A stretch of 64,000 nt of DNA from Macrostomum lignano (lineage: Eukaryota). The DNA lies in the NCBI GenBank assembly GCA_002269645.1, contig NIVC01001190.1:1-64000 (forward strand). Direction: 5' to 3'. Every line of letters starts with the position of its first letter. Position 1 is the stretch's first letter. The notes under the pieces were generated by a model. That model had not been told where the DNA came from, did no database searches, and was given only the letters and a program-made list of their open reading frames with translations. Shown here one piece after another: positions 1-12,550 of the stretch. A program made the position numbers and the translations under genes.

Positions 1-1110
1 CAAGAACTAACCCAAATAGTGTAGATGGTTCTTCATTCGTTTTATCTTGCGATTCATCACCGTCTTTGCGTCCCCTTCGTTGGCTGCTTGATTGCTTCCG
101 TCATCAGGAGTAACAGTAGCGCTGCAACAGGAACTCGCGCCGCGAATCCAGCGAACGCAGCTGGATTCTCCAAAACTTTCCTCTCGCTGTCACTTTCCTC
201 CTCGCTGTCACTTTCCGTGCTGCTACTTTCCCCCACGCTATCACTTTTCTTGCTGCTACTTTCCTTGTTGACGCTTTCCTGGTAGTCGGTTACCTGGTTC
301 TTAACCTTCATTTTTTCACATTTCTCTGCGTTTTCTTCGCTGCTGTCTGAGTCGCACGAGTAATCTGTCGAAATATTTTTCTCTTCTGGGCGGTTTAAGT
401 TGACGGCGGCAAAATGGAACACGGTATCGCCATCGCAGTTTGTTCTGTAAAAGTATTTGGGTTTCTGCACCATCTTAATAATCTCTTTCAGAGATTCTTT
501 TGAGAAGCAACTCATACAGTAATGCAGAGGCGTTGTCGGTGGCTGTCTTTTTTCAGCATGCAGTTTTTTTTATGCTTGAAGTGTTCTATAATTTTTAAAA
601 GCGTCTTTTCGCCCTCTGAAGTCATTGCGGCGTAGTGCGCTGCAGTTCTCTTGCATCCTTCTTCTGTATCGTCTTTCACCAGTTTTTTCGGTCGAAAATT
701 TTTATTTCGCTTTAAGAGATTCCGGGCCTTCTGGAATTTTTTTGCTTTTGTAAACTGAAGAAGTTCCAAATATGGGTCTTTTCGGTCTTCTGTGTTTTCT
801 GGGTCTTCAGACTCTTCTGAGTCTTCTGGGTCTTGAGGGTCTTCTGTGTCTTTTTCTTTGTTTGCAGACATTTGAAAGTCTGAATTCTCAACCGAACATT
901 TTTCGAATTCAGAGATTGTTTGCTAGCTGTATTCCTCGCGTCGGGAAGTCCTGGTGGCAGGGTATCCCCGTCGGTCTCGTCACAAGAGCTGCTGTCATAG
1001 TAGACCGCGTGCTTTCCTTGAACACTCACGCTCGACTCCGGCTGCTGCATTATCCAACCAGCTGAGTCGCACTCGCGCTGGGCTTCCGCTTCTGTGATGG
1101 GTTTTTGCAT
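1..1110 (-). pseudogene. Frameshifted N-terminal part of an ankyrin-repeat protein, paralogue of the TRP-like gene at 5249-9548; runs off the window start
   Basis: ORFs 712..1110, 512..871 and 57..515 join via frameshifts into KRTAAHYAAM...CMLKKDSHR/TPLHYC...GDTVFHFAAVN, collinear with GRTAAHFAAM...CLDMEDEHKATPLHYA...GNTLAHCAARN of the 1197-aa ORF. One base appears missing near 533. Could be a pseudogene or assembly indels. Confidence 0.7.
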
Positions 1111-2406
1111 TTTATAGTTTGAGTTTCATTCCTTTTTTAATTTGTCCAGCAAAATGATTGATCGGATAACAACAAAAAACAGTTGATTGGCTTGAAAGCT
1201 TACCCATCAATCTAAGTTAGTATAGAATTGTCAACAAACAATGTTCAAGATAGTCAAAGCACACGACTTTGAATTGATTAATAAATCGCTAGTGAATCTA
1301 CCTAAGATTCACGAAATCATCAAAAATAATTAATGAGAAATGAATTCGGAATTACCGGTTACAGTGTTTACAGTGCAGTTAGAGCTACTTAATCACTTCA
1401 GTGTGCTCGTATTTACTCTAATTACAGCGTAATAAATTTACATTTGAATCCTAATTCTCATGAATATCATTATTTAACCATAAGTTTCCTAATGCCCAAG
1501 AACTCTCTGCTTGCTACTTATCAGTAGCATACATTGATTATGAATAATTCAGACTCGGTCGACGCTATCAAACCTAACGTAGTAACTATGGCTTGTATCT
1601 TATCTACTCCGTCTGTTGTTTGTTCTGTGCTCTTTAGCGACTCATTCATTATTTAAGGTCTGCCGCTCTCCTCTCCTTTTTATTCATCATATTTCACTTC
1701 GGCCAGGCAACTAAAATGACAGCAACTATGCCTGAATCTAGCGAGCCCAACAAATAGCTGCTATAGAGTTGCTGTCACAGCTGCGTCTCTTTGTACGGAA
1801 CGAATACAACTGATGCAAAGTGAGCTTATTCTACAGCTACTAAGCGATGCTAAAGAGGTGCAATAGCTACAGCTTGTATGGCGACAGCAATAAGGTTTCA
1901 ACTAGTCGTATTACTGTTGTGTTTGTAAAGGCAATAGTGTGATTTCAACCAGTAAAATCTATAGTTCACAGACATCTACATATTTCTCCGACTATCACAG
2001 CCTTATTAAATCTTTCTTATGAAACGAACTGTCTGATCTTTAATCTCTATATTGGAATATTTAATTAATAATTATAAAGAATGAAAGCAAAAATCTCAAG
2101 ATTGCGCGTATTCATTAATTAGACAGATGTTCAATTTTTAATAAGCATACAATAAGTTTTACAAGGTATTAAGTTAATACCTTGAATAAGGATCCCTTAT
2201 TCACTTCTACTTTTGGTCGGCGTCCTGTGTCTCTTACCTACATTACCTCGAGATGCATTACCTCGCTACTCTCAGCGGAACCCGAACTCTCAATTAATTC
2301 GCCTCCAAATTGTAATTGTGGACGAAGTCTGCGTTTCACTAATCCTAACTACTCTGTAGAGACACTGATATAGAAACTTTTAAACCTTTTATCTATCCTT
2401 TGTCTA

Positions 2407-2755
2407 GGGGGGCCGTAGCCCAGCGGTAGCGCAGCTGCTCTGGTGTGCCAGCGACCCAGGCTCGATTCCAAGTGCAGTCACATTAATTTGGGGCTGAATT
2501 GGAATCTCGGCTTGGCTCTGCTCGTGCAATTAACGGCCTTGAGAGCCGACCCCCAAGGCGCAGTGAAGTGTACATGCCTAACGATAATATAAAGTTAGGG
2601 CCGCTGTACACTCCTGTGTGAGTGTGTGCCTGCGTACGTATCCGCGCGCTTGTATGCCTGCTCAGTGGAGTCGGCGGAATGGGCAGTAATGCCTCTCGCC
2701 GGTTGTGTGCCTATGTCGCTTAAAGTGCGCCAGGGTGCACACAACCCCCCTGCCT
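2407..2755 (+). mobile_element. tRNA-derived SINE, family A, copy 1
   Basis: Pol III A box (TAGCCCAGCGG) and B box (GGCTCGATTCC) head without a full cloverleaf; the body matches the reverse complement of 55766-56116 and of 62620-62760. Confidence 0.75.
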
Positions 2756-4617
2756 CTATCTATATCCATATATCCCTTTGTCTACTAACATTGCCCAAAC
2801 GGGAACTACTGCCAGTATGTTTAAAGCACATCTACTTTAGCAATCTACCCAATTACAAAAGAATGTTCAGTATTCGTACATAGCTGGTGTTCTTCTACGA
2901 TCGCAATAAAGGTCGAGTCTTTTTCTATCGAGTTTTCCCGACTCTTCCCTATTTACTTGACGACAAAAGTCTCCCATCTTTAGGCCTTCCATTCCCAGCA
3001 GCATAGTGAAGGCTTGTTAGAAAAAGGTATGATTGAAATTCAGGTCTAAACTACGAGCGTACATGAAACAGACTGAACCATAATAAGTTATAGTACACAG
3101 AAACGCTTGTAGGTATCGAAGTCAGATTTTTTAAATCTTTATATTGAATAATAAAAAATAATCAAATGCAAAAAATCGGTATGCTTACCTCTAGTACACT
3201 TTTAGTTCGCTATTGGGGGAAACTAACTTCGAATTTAAAGGAGAAAATGTAAAAAGCAATACAGCAACCAGCAGCACCAATGTGCTTTAATAATGCTTGC
3301 TAGAAAAAAAACTGCCTCAAATTTTTTATGGGTTTATAAGAAGGTTGAAAAGATACAAGAACTCATTCATTCGTTGCCTCTTCTTTACTTAAGCAACCTG
3401 GCAACGGTAGATAGTTGCACTGTACCTTGCCAGTATTTTAGTCGTTATTCTACGGGTGTATACCACTTCTAGGGGTAAGGCAAACTACTCAACTACTCAT
3501 ATCTTTAACTAGATGGTATTAAGAGAATTTATTGCACGTGTCCCAAAAGAAGCGTATAGTTCCACCTTGCTTTCATGTCATTGTATTGTGGCAAGGGGTG
3601 GAGCGTGAGCTCAGAATACTGTGAGCAGTGCCGTGAGTCTACTATCTATCTCCCGCCGTTCTGTACTTAGGCTCGTTTTGAAACTTTACCGGACTGTATT
3701 GACCCGTCTTCGGACTTCACAGCTTGTTGTTCATAAATACGACGTATACTGATATGTTTTGGGATCACTTGGATTGAATAGACCCTGATGACGTCTATAT
3801 GATCGACAAAACGCTTTGGCAACAAATAAAAATTATGCTCTTCTTCTTAATACTAAAATTGGTGCGATGTTTATTTGTTGTCTGTTGGTTTGTGTGTTGC
3901 ATAACTCCTCCTAGACTACTTGCAGCTCAGCAAGTATTTGATAGGTTTTGTAGAGGATTTGGAGACGATTTGGAAGATGAGATTCAAGTCATGAGATTTC
4001 AGCTGATGGATTTCAGGTAATGGAATTCTGGCGGTGGGAGTTCTTCCCCTTTCTCCTCCGTAGGAGGAGTTTCACTCCTCGTATATTTTTCTGTTGGCTT
4101 TTGTTTTCTTACTACCTTATTTTCACGTGCAATTGAATTTAGCTCGTAAATGCTATTTACGAGTATTAAGACTGCGCTTAATTTGAACATCGTTCTAAAA
4201 AATTAAGACTTTTTAATACATAACGATGATGAAATTCAGCTATTATTGGACAAACTAGGATACCAGAAAATTATTTTATCAATTAGTTTACGTTCTAATT
4301 GTTCATCAGTAAATAAGAAAGAATTGATGCAAGGAAACAATGACGAATTATTATTTTCTCCACGCTTACAAATTATTTAACATTGAATTTTAGCAATCTA
4401 AATGTTCTCTCCAATTAATTTGTATTTAAGATTTTAATCGAGAATAATAATTCTAAATATGGGTCGGACAGTTTCGCTGCAAGTCAGCGTTGGGCAGTTG
4501 AAAGTTAAATAAGATTTTTTGAGTAAACCATAGAGAAGCAGCAAACCTTTTATTTGGACACTAAAACAGGAGGCGCCGTAGTCATGCAGAACTTCCAATT
4601 CGCGGTAAGATAATCTT

Positions 4618-5240
4618 CTCCGCATAGATACTCTCAATAGATAATCTCCTCTGAATAGATAATCTCTTATGAATAGATAATCTTCTCTGAATAGATAATA
4701 TCCTCTGAATAGATAATCTCCTCTGAATAGATAATCTCCTCTGAATAGATATTCTCCTCTGAATAGATATTCTCCTCTGAATAGATAATCTTCTATGCAG
4801 GGATAAAAATAATTGCTTGTTTCTCCATATAGACAGAGGGATAATCTACTCTCATGGATATGGATAGATCTCCTCTCATGAATATCGACGATGTCCTCTC
4901 ATCGATCTGGATAATCTTCTTTCATATTTAGAGATAATCTCCTTACATGGGTTGGATAATCTCCTCTCCTAGATTGAGTAATCTACTCTACATGGATGTG
5001 GATAATCTCACATGATCTCAAATGGATTTTCATTCTCATTATTAGTCTCATCCCATGGATATAGATAATCTCAACTCAAAGATATTGATAATCTCCTCTT
5101 TTAGACATTGACAATCTTCCCTACATCTATATGAACAATCTTCTCTACGTGGATGTGGATAATTTGTTCTACTTAGGTCTCTCTTTGTACATGGACATTG
5201 AAAATCTCCTGTCATGGACGTTAATAATCTTTTCCACATA
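4618..5240. repeat. 18-bp tandem repeat (AATAGATAATCTCCTCTG) grading into a degenerate ~21-bp repeat
   Basis: About 9 near-perfect units at 4635-4795, then recurring GATAATCTCCTCT...CATGGA motifs up to ~5240. Confidence 0.8.
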
Positions 5241-5248
5241 GATTCGCT

Positions 5249-5515
5249 TCAACCCCTTTTCTTCCTTGCAGTCTGAGTAGCGACAGGCAGCCAGCTTTTT
5301 GGTTTCTGAGCATTATTGTATCGTCGATTTTCTTGCGGCATTCTGGAAGTCTGACCGCTTGTCATCGGCAATGCCGGCTGGAATGCCGAGCGCCAACGCG
5401 GCTGATGCTCCAAGAGACTGCCCAGCTGGTAGCGCAGGTGGCGGAGCTGGTTGGCTTGGAAGCCAAGATAACGCAGGTACTCCAGCGGGTACTGATGCTC
5501 ATTGTTCCACCAGCC
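5249..5515 (-). CDS. Putative terminal exon of the ankyrin/TRP-like channel (GWWNNEHQYPLEYLRYLG...ARKKRG*)
   Basis: Acceptor ccctcgctag| at 5516 gives a phase-0, 88-codon open frame ending in TGA at 5249-5251, matching the phase-0 donor GAG|gtacgt at 6015/6014. Hand-inferred; no transcript evidence. Confidence 0.5.
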   Translation of the reverse strand, partial: GWWNNEHQYPLEYLRYLGFQANQLRHLRYQLGSLLEHQPRWRSAFQPALPMTSGQTSRMPQENRRYNNAQKPKSWLPVATQTARKKRG

Positions 5516-6014
5516 CTAGCGAGGGGTTTATATTGCGAGTGAGTTACATGACGAATGTGAGGCTTTGATAATACGCCAAGGTAAATCATTTTCGTTAGTT
5601 CTATCGATTTACGTGTGTTTCGTGCATCTGGATTGCAATGATGCACATTGTAATACGAGCATAGGATTATAATAATTGCGTCACTTACTTTTCATTGTCT
5701 GTTGCAGTGTAGAATATACGCACATAGCTGCAGAACTGAGTGCATACTTACGTCTTGCAACCGCGAATACATGTAGAAATTAAGTCCAAGGGAAAGTGGA
5801 AGGTGGGAAAAATTCCTAAACGAACAAACCATACATTATATTTTAGGATCAGTGTCGTTAGTACACTGATTTTTAACTGCAGGCACTCATTTTGGCGTCC
5901 AAAAAGCAAAACTGATTACTATCTTTGTCCGCCACATATAGCTTTACTGGGAGGACAATATTTCTACTGTCTTTTCCCGTGGTGACTACAATAAACAACA
6001 ACAAACAGACGTAC

Positions 6015-9000
6015 CTCATTGTCACAATCAACTTTCAACCGTCTGAAGCAGCCACAAGACCAGCAGGTAAAGAGCGCCACTCGTCTCTGATGCTCACGCA
6101 GCAGCTCAAAATACGACCGCCTCCACAGCCCGACCGCTTTGTCACGCATTTCATTGACGCGGCTACTGAACCTGGCAATGAGCAGGTACAGCATCACGAT
6201 GTTTACCAGGCTGAGAAAGACAAACACGAGTAGATTTTGAAACCAGGAGAGCCCGATCGCGTTGGCAACTGATCCTACAGACTGGTCGAGGCCGCTACGC
6301 GGTGTGTCGAAGTTGATCTGGTCAAATTTTGTAAACAGCAGGTCAAGTGGCAGGGTGAATATCTGTAGAATCACTCGCCACCAGTAGGTGTTCGCACTGA
6401 GCTCACTCTGCACTGACGTAGTCACAGGAAACAACAAGTTGAAGTAGAAAACTCCGAATGAGTAAAAAATAATTCCAACGATGCTTAGAAAAGGCAGAAA
6501 GTCTTTCAGAACAACGCACTTCATCATAGCGATCATGGGTCCTACTGTCGATGAAAAGTTCAAGAAAGCAATTAGCCGAAGTCCAAACAACAGACATGAG
6601 GCCGACATTGTGGCTTGACAAGCGTACACGGTGATATCAGTGGGCCTGAGAAAGATGCACCACTTCCAAATTATTCCCAACCAGAGTAGAATAAGAGCAC
6701 ACCAGTCTATCAAGTTAGAGAAGTCTCTGCAGTACGGCGGACAGCTTCCAAGTCTTCTTGGTCTGGCGCTGGTCCCGCATCTGCGGCAGGTGTGAGGCAT
6801 CAAAGCCATGACAACATCGATCACTTGTAGAATTAGGAAGAACGAAGCAAAGGCTGTTAAAATCGCGTCAATTGTCCATGAGTTAAAAGTCCGCGCAAAG
6901 TCAATTGTGTACCACGAAAAGTAAAGTAGGAACACTGCATGGACGGCTAGACGCGCATAAAACAACATTGCAAGTCCGAAGCTATAAATCCAGGAGCTGG
7001 AACTTGTTCCTTGGCCTCGCCTTTCATAACACGAAGATCGCCATTCATCATTGGCCATCCTATGAAGACAATCTGTTGCTAGGAGCTCGTCGCAGTCGGC
7101 CTCCTCAATCAGATCCATGATGGTGACACTCGTAGCCGTGTGGTAAATTTCACAAGTACTACAGTTCGCTCCAGGAAAACGAGGCCCACCAGCTTGAGCT
7201 TGGTCGTCACAAATGTTGCCCCGGATGTACCGGAATAGCATCTGTTTCTCGCTCCAGCTAGCATTTTCAAACAGATGGTTGACGACAACGACGAGAACTC
7301 TTATTACTCTTTTATATAGGTTTTCGAGTTGCTCATATCCGCTGCAAGTCTCACCCCGCTGATTTTGCAGCTGTATGATCAGACGCAGGCATGCAGGAAT
7401 CAGGTCAAACTGTCTCGTGATGACAAGATCTGGTAGAAGCTCGAACTTGCCAGCTTTCAGGGCGATATCAACTATTTGAAGCTCCGACTGCGAATTTGTT
7501 TGCTGACAGCCTGGAAGCAGATTTGATCGACTTTGCTCAACCAGATAGTCGAGGAACTTTGTTTCCGCGTCTGGACTAATAAGATTTAGTCTGAGTGCAC
7601 TTCTGAAAGCCACAGAAGAGTCTAGGTACCAAGCTTGGCGAAATGCGTCTGCAAAAAGCATCTGTTGTTTTGATACCACAAGAGGCTGCTGCTCCAGAGT
7701 GGAAACCGTTGATCCATTGTCTGCCACAGACAGCACATGACATGCGCTGTCATAGTCAGGTAGCTCTAGCGACCATCGGATTGGGTCAATAAAACGAAGC
7801 GCGTCAACTACGCGGATTTCGAGAGCCTCTAAAAGGCTTTCTAGCTTGCCGGCTTCAACTGCATAGTCAATGCAAGTGAGCCCTGCGCTGTCTAAATCTG
7901 TAAGTCTTAGCCGCTTCTTCAAAAGAAAGTCAATGTTGTTCTTGTGAGCAGCTTGACAAGCAAAGTGTAGGCAGGTGGCGCCGAGTCTGGGGCCTTTCAG
8001 GACCTGCTCTCTTACAAGTTTGTACGACTTTGTGTTCAACTGGGTCTTAAATACGTTAACAATGTTCTCTAGAGAATACCTGCCAGAGTAGAAATGAAGA
8101 ATATGAAAACCTGACGAGTTGTAAGCGTTCAAGTTTAGTGACACTTTGACATGCTTTGAAGCCGATGATAGCACGGCTTTAAGAACGTCTTCATTCAGGC
8201 GACTGCACTGAAGCCAGTTTTGTCCCAGAATGTTCTCAGCTCTCTGATCGATGCCAAAGTTGTTGATCAGCTTTTGGACAGCGGCATTGAAATTCTTGAT
8301 TGACTCGCTATTTCCACTGCCGAGCATGACAGCATGAAGTAGGCTGTTTCCTTCCAAGTCACAAATTCGAAAGTCCTTCTTAGGTGCATCAGTAGCGAGA
8401 AGAAACTCGAAATTCCAGCCCATACATGCGTAAAACAGCATGTTCCTGCCGAATCGGTCCTGCTTGCTTGAGTACCAGTTGATGTCGCTTGTTTCTTTGA
8501 GAAAGTCCATAACGCCTTTGTCCTGCGCAGCAAAATGTATCGGTGTCTGGCCGTCGTTATTGGCATCTTCTGCTATTTTCTCAGCGAAATTTTCAACTGG
8601 CGTCATGACCATCCGTCTGGTAATTTTCATGAAAGTCCTGGGCTTCCCATACAGCCCAGTGTAATGCAGAACCGTGTTACCGGACTTATCGGGTCTAAAC
8701 AGTTCCAGTGAGACTATGTCAGCCATTTGTTCTGCTGCGCTGTCAGGCAGGTATTTAATGATAGCCTGCATCACTGACTGGCCGTTGGCATTCTTCCAAT
8801 TCAAGCACTTTTGTCCCCAACATGCCAGAGCCACTGAATTGAGAAAGCTGTCATGCTGTTTCCCTGAATATGCATCCAAATGAACGTGCTGGTTCCTAGC
8901 TGCATAGTGAGCGAGAGTGTCGCCCTCGTCATCAACCAGATTTTTAGGAGCACCGAGTTCATCAGATTCCAATGCATGATTTAGAAAAGTCTTGGCGGTC

Positions 9001-9548
9001 TCTACACTGCAGTGCTCCATGGCTATGTGAAGCACGGTCTGTTTTTTGCTATTCTTCCACAACACAAATCCTCTTGTGACAGGCCAGTTGGTCCGCTGGT
9101 TGCCGTCTGATGCTCGTAAAATTTCTAGAATGACCTCCTCGTGGCTGCAGTTCCGAGCGGCACAATGGGCCAGTGTGTTTCCGTATTTGTCTCTGAGCCG
9201 GTAGCTGCATAAAAAACGAAGCACGTTCGGCCAGAGTTGCTTGAGTTGCTCGAGCGAGTAGCTTGCGGTGGCGTAATGAAGCGGAGTTGCTTTGTGTTCA
9301 TCTTCCATGTCAAGACAAGAAAGTCCTGCACTGCGAGACAGTTCCTCGAGCAAACGGAAGCCTCCTGGTTCCATGGCGGCAAAGTGAGCCGCAGTTCGAC
9401 CCTCATCGTCTCTTTCCAAACTGAAGGCCTGCTGAATGTGCTTGATGGAAACTTCGAAATTGCCTCGTTTGGCTTCAACAAGCAGGCTTCCTCTGATCTC
9501 CTCATTCTGTAACTGTGCTGCTGCAGGCGGACCGACTGCAGTCGTCAT
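6015..9548 (-). CDS. Ankyrin-repeat TRP-like cation channel (multiple ankyrin repeats plus a 6-TM module with TRPM-like S3-S6/TRP box), main exon
   Basis: 1197-aa ORF (first ATG at 9548). Repeated GxTxxHxAA/TPLHY ankyrin motifs over ~600 aa; S3 RDFSNLIDWCAL; S4-S5 LFGLRLIAFLNFSSTVGPMIAMMKCVVLKDFLPF; S6 NIVMLYLLIARF; TRP-box-like LWRRSYFELLREH. Likely donor at 6014. Confidence 0.85.
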
Positions 9549-9785
9549 ATTGATCAAATGGTACTCAGGACAATGCAGTTGTAGAACCAGCGCAGCCTGC
9601 GATTCAAGTGATGTTTTTATTCCGTGAGTAAATCAGAGTGGCTTAGGAATCGCACTTGGTAAAAATGCACGCACAAGGTACATAATCTACTGAAACGGTA
9701 TTTACAAAACTCGTGCTTTCAGTAGCGAACTTTTAAAACATTGGCAGCTAAACTACCGTGGCTTACGCAGAGTAAGGGGCACCAC

Positions 9786-12550
9786 GGCCCACTAAGAGAC
9801 AGGGGCGCCCACTATTAAGAGACAGGGGGACCCACTATTAAGAGACAGGAGTGCCCATGCACCAAGGGACAGGGGCGCCCACTATTAAGAGACAGGGGCA
9901 CCCACTAAGAGACAGGGGCGGCCACTAAGAGACGGGGGCGGCCACTAAGAGACAGGGGCGGCCACTAAGAGACAGGGGCGGCCACTAAGAGACAGAGGGA
10001 CCCACTATTAAGAGACAGGGGGACCCACTATTAAGTGACAAGGGGACCCACTATTAAGAGACAGGGGGACCCACTATTAAGAGACAGCGGCGGCCACCAA
10101 GAGACAGGGGCGGCCACCAAGAGACAGGGGCGGCCACTAAGAGACGGGGGCGCCCACCAAGAGACAGGGGCGGCCACCAAGAGACAGGGGCGGCCACTAA
10201 GAGACAGGGGCGGCCACTAAGAGACAGGGGCGGCCACTAAGAGACAGGGGCGGCCACTAAGAGACAGGGGCGCCCACTAAGAGACAGGGGCGCCCACTAA
10301 GAGACAGGGGACCCACTATTAAGAGACAGGGGCAGCCACTATTAAGAGACAGGGGGACCCACTATTAAGAGACAGGGGGGCCCACTATTAAGAGACAGGG
10401 GCAGCCACTATTAAGAGACAGGGGCAGCCACTATTAAGAGACAGGGGGGCCCACTATTAAGAGACAGGAGTGCCCATGCACCAAGGGACAGGGGCGCCCA
10501 CTAAGAGACAGGGGCGCCCACCAAGAGACAGGGGCGGCCACTAAGAGACAGGGGCGCCCACCAAGAGACAGGGGCGCCCACTAAGAGACAGGGGGACCCA
10601 CTATTAAGAGACAGGGGCAGCCACTATTAAGAGACAGGGGGGCCCACTATTAAGAGACAGGGGGACCCACTATTAAGAGACAGGGGCAGCCACTATTAAG
10701 AGACAGGGGGGCCCACTATTAAGAGACAGGAGTGCCCATGCACCAAGGGACAGGGGCGCCCACTAAGAGACAGGGGCGCCCACCAAGAGACAGGGGCGGC
10801 CACTAAGAGACAGGGGCGCCCACTAAGAGACAGGGGCGGCCACTAAGAGACAGGGGCGCCCACTAAGAGACAGGGGCGCCCACTAAGAGACAGCGGCGCC
10901 CACTAATAGACAGGGGCGCCCACTAAGAGACAGGGGCGCCCACTAAGAGACAGGGGCGGCCACTGAGAGACAGAGGGACCCACTATTAAGAGACAGGGGG
11001 ACCCACTATTAAGTGACAAGGGGACCCACTATTAAGAGACAGGGGACCCACTATTAAGAGACAGCGGCGGCCACCAAGAGACAGCGGCGGCCACCAAGAG
11101 ACAGGGGCGGCCACTAAGAGACAGGGGCGCCCACTAAGAGGCAGGGGCGCCCACTAAGAGACAGGGGCGGCCACCAAGAGACAGGGGCGGCCACCAAGAG
11201 ACAGGGGCGGCCACTAAGAGACAGGGGCGCCCACTAAGAGACAGGGGCGGCCACTAAGAGACAGGGGCGGCCACTAAGAGACAGGGGCGCCCACCAAGAG
11301 ACAGGGGCGGCCACTAAGAGACAGGGGCGCCCACCAAGAGACAGGGGCGCCCACTAAGAGACAGGGGGACCCACTATTAAGAGACAGGGGCAGCCACTAT
11401 TAAGAGACAGGGGGGCCCACTATTAAGAGACAGGGGGACCCACTATTAAGAGACAGGGGCAGCCACTATTAAGAGACAGGGGGGCCCACTATTAAGAGAC
11501 AGGAGTGCCCATGCACCAAGGGACAGGGGCGCCCACTAAGAGACAGGGGCGCCCACCAAGAGACAGGGGCGGCCACTAAGAGACAGGGGCGCCCACTAAG
11601 AGACAGGGGCGGCCACTAAGAGACAGGGGCGCCCACTAAGAGACAGGGGCGCCCACTAAGAGACAGCGGCGCCCACTAATAGACAGGGGCGCCCACTAAG
11701 AGACAGGGGCGCCCACTAAGAGACAGGGGCGGCCACTGAGAGACAGAGGGACCCACTATTAAGAGACAGGGGGACCCACTATTAAGTGACAAGGGGACCC
11801 ACTATTAAGAGACAGGGGGACCCACTATTAAGAGACAGCGGCGGCCACCAAGAGACAGCGGCGGCCACCAAGAGACAGGGGCGGCCACTAAGAGACAGGG
11901 GCGCCCACTAAGAGGCAGGGGCGCCCACTAAGAGACAGGGGCGGCCACCAAGAGACAGGGGCGGCCACCAAGAGACAGGGGCGGCCACTAAGAGACAGGG
12001 GCGCCCACTAAGAGACAGGGGCGGCCACTAAGAGACAGGGGCGGCCACTAAGAGACAGGGGCGCCCACTAAGAGACAGGGGCGCCCACTAAGAGATAGGG
12101 GCGCCCACTAAGAGACAGGGGCGGCCACCAAGAGACAGGGGCGGCCACTAAGAGACAGGGGCGGCCACCAAGAGACAAGGGCGGCCACCAAGAGACAGGG
12201 GCGGCCACTAAGAGACAGGGGCGCCCACTAAGAGACAGGGGCGCCCACTAAGAGACAGGGGGACCCACTATTAAGAGACAGGGGGACCCACTATTAAGAG
12301 ACAGGGGGACCCACTATTAAGAGACAGGGGGACCCACTATTAAGAGACAGGGGGACCCACTATTAAGAGACAGGGGGACTCACTATTAAGAGACAGGGGG
12401 ACCCACTATTAAGAGACAGGGGGACCCACTATTAAGAGACAGGGGGACCCACTATTAAGAGACAGGAGTGCCCATGCACCAACAAGGGACAGGGGCGCCC
12501 ACCAACAGACAGCAGGGCGCCCACCAACAGACAGCAGGGCGCCCACCAAG
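9786..12550. repeat. 2.8-kb minisatellite of 20/23-bp units (CCACTA[TTA]AGAGACAGGGGCG[G/C]) with a 773-bp higher-order duplication
   Basis: Direct reading; variant markers recur at a 773-bp offset (10731/11504, 10901/11674, 11011/11784). Confidence 0.95.

Noticed and set aside
9786-12550. Regular short repeats that might suggest a CRISPR array (also 19481-21536, 33410-33970, 35620-36800 and 41790-42905)
   Set aside because: The units are head-to-tail with no unique spacers, there are no cas genes, and the context is eukaryotic with spliced genes.
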